Positions 63,998 through 64,000 of a stretch of 64,000 nucleotides of DNA are shown here, in pieces. The position numbers and the translations under genes are program-made. Numbering within the stretch: the stretch's first letter is position 1; every line of letters starts with the position of its first letter. The stretch spans positions 273,327 to 337,326 of the forward strand of contig CAVWHO010000010.1 in the NCBI GenBank assembly GCA_963754875.1, written 5' to 3'. This DNA is from Nitrospirota bacterium (lineage in GTDB: Bacteria; Nitrospirota; UBA9217). The notes under the pieces were generated by a model. It was not told the origin of the DNA. It made no database searches and worked only from the letters and a program-made list of their open reading frames with translations.

Positions 63998-64000
63998 CTA

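Overview
Bacterial chromosome window (~50-55% GC; gene content suggests a Nitrospirota/Desulfobacterota-like Gram-negative anaerobe, inference only). Layout: (1) 1-4.2 kb ABC/HlyD/TolC exporter and a Spy/CpxP-like chaperone. (2) 6.2-16.2 kb minus-strand putative copper/metal-trafficking block with NosL-family proteins but no nosZ, headed by a leaderless Cys-rich ORF ending in RPP (DUF2946/CruR-like). (3) 17-21 kb YbbAP/TesA-like module. (4) 21.5-34.7 kb, the strongest candidate for an undescribed system: a PhcB-like SAM methyltransferase, a dedicated type II FAS/PKS (FabG, CLF-like inactive KS, FabZ, active KS, ACP, CrtI-like oxidoreductase) and two histidine kinases sharing one membrane sensor domain. 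This looks like a fatty-acyl methyl-ester signalling (quorum-sensing-like) locus next to tRNA-Leu(TAA) and two duplicates of its 3' end. (5) 35-62.7 kb LPS/Kdo/rhamnose/fucose/capsule genes. Their junctions repeatedly carry inverted arms of 7-9-nt tandem repeats, two of which enclose four-helix-bundle (TIGR02436/Avd-like) genes, and one junction holds a 4x85-bp structured tandem repeat. (6) A complete IS5-family element at the right end. Many genes, especially after 53 kb, carry indel frameshifts that are probably assembly errors. Family assignments come from motif recognition by eye; no searches were run.
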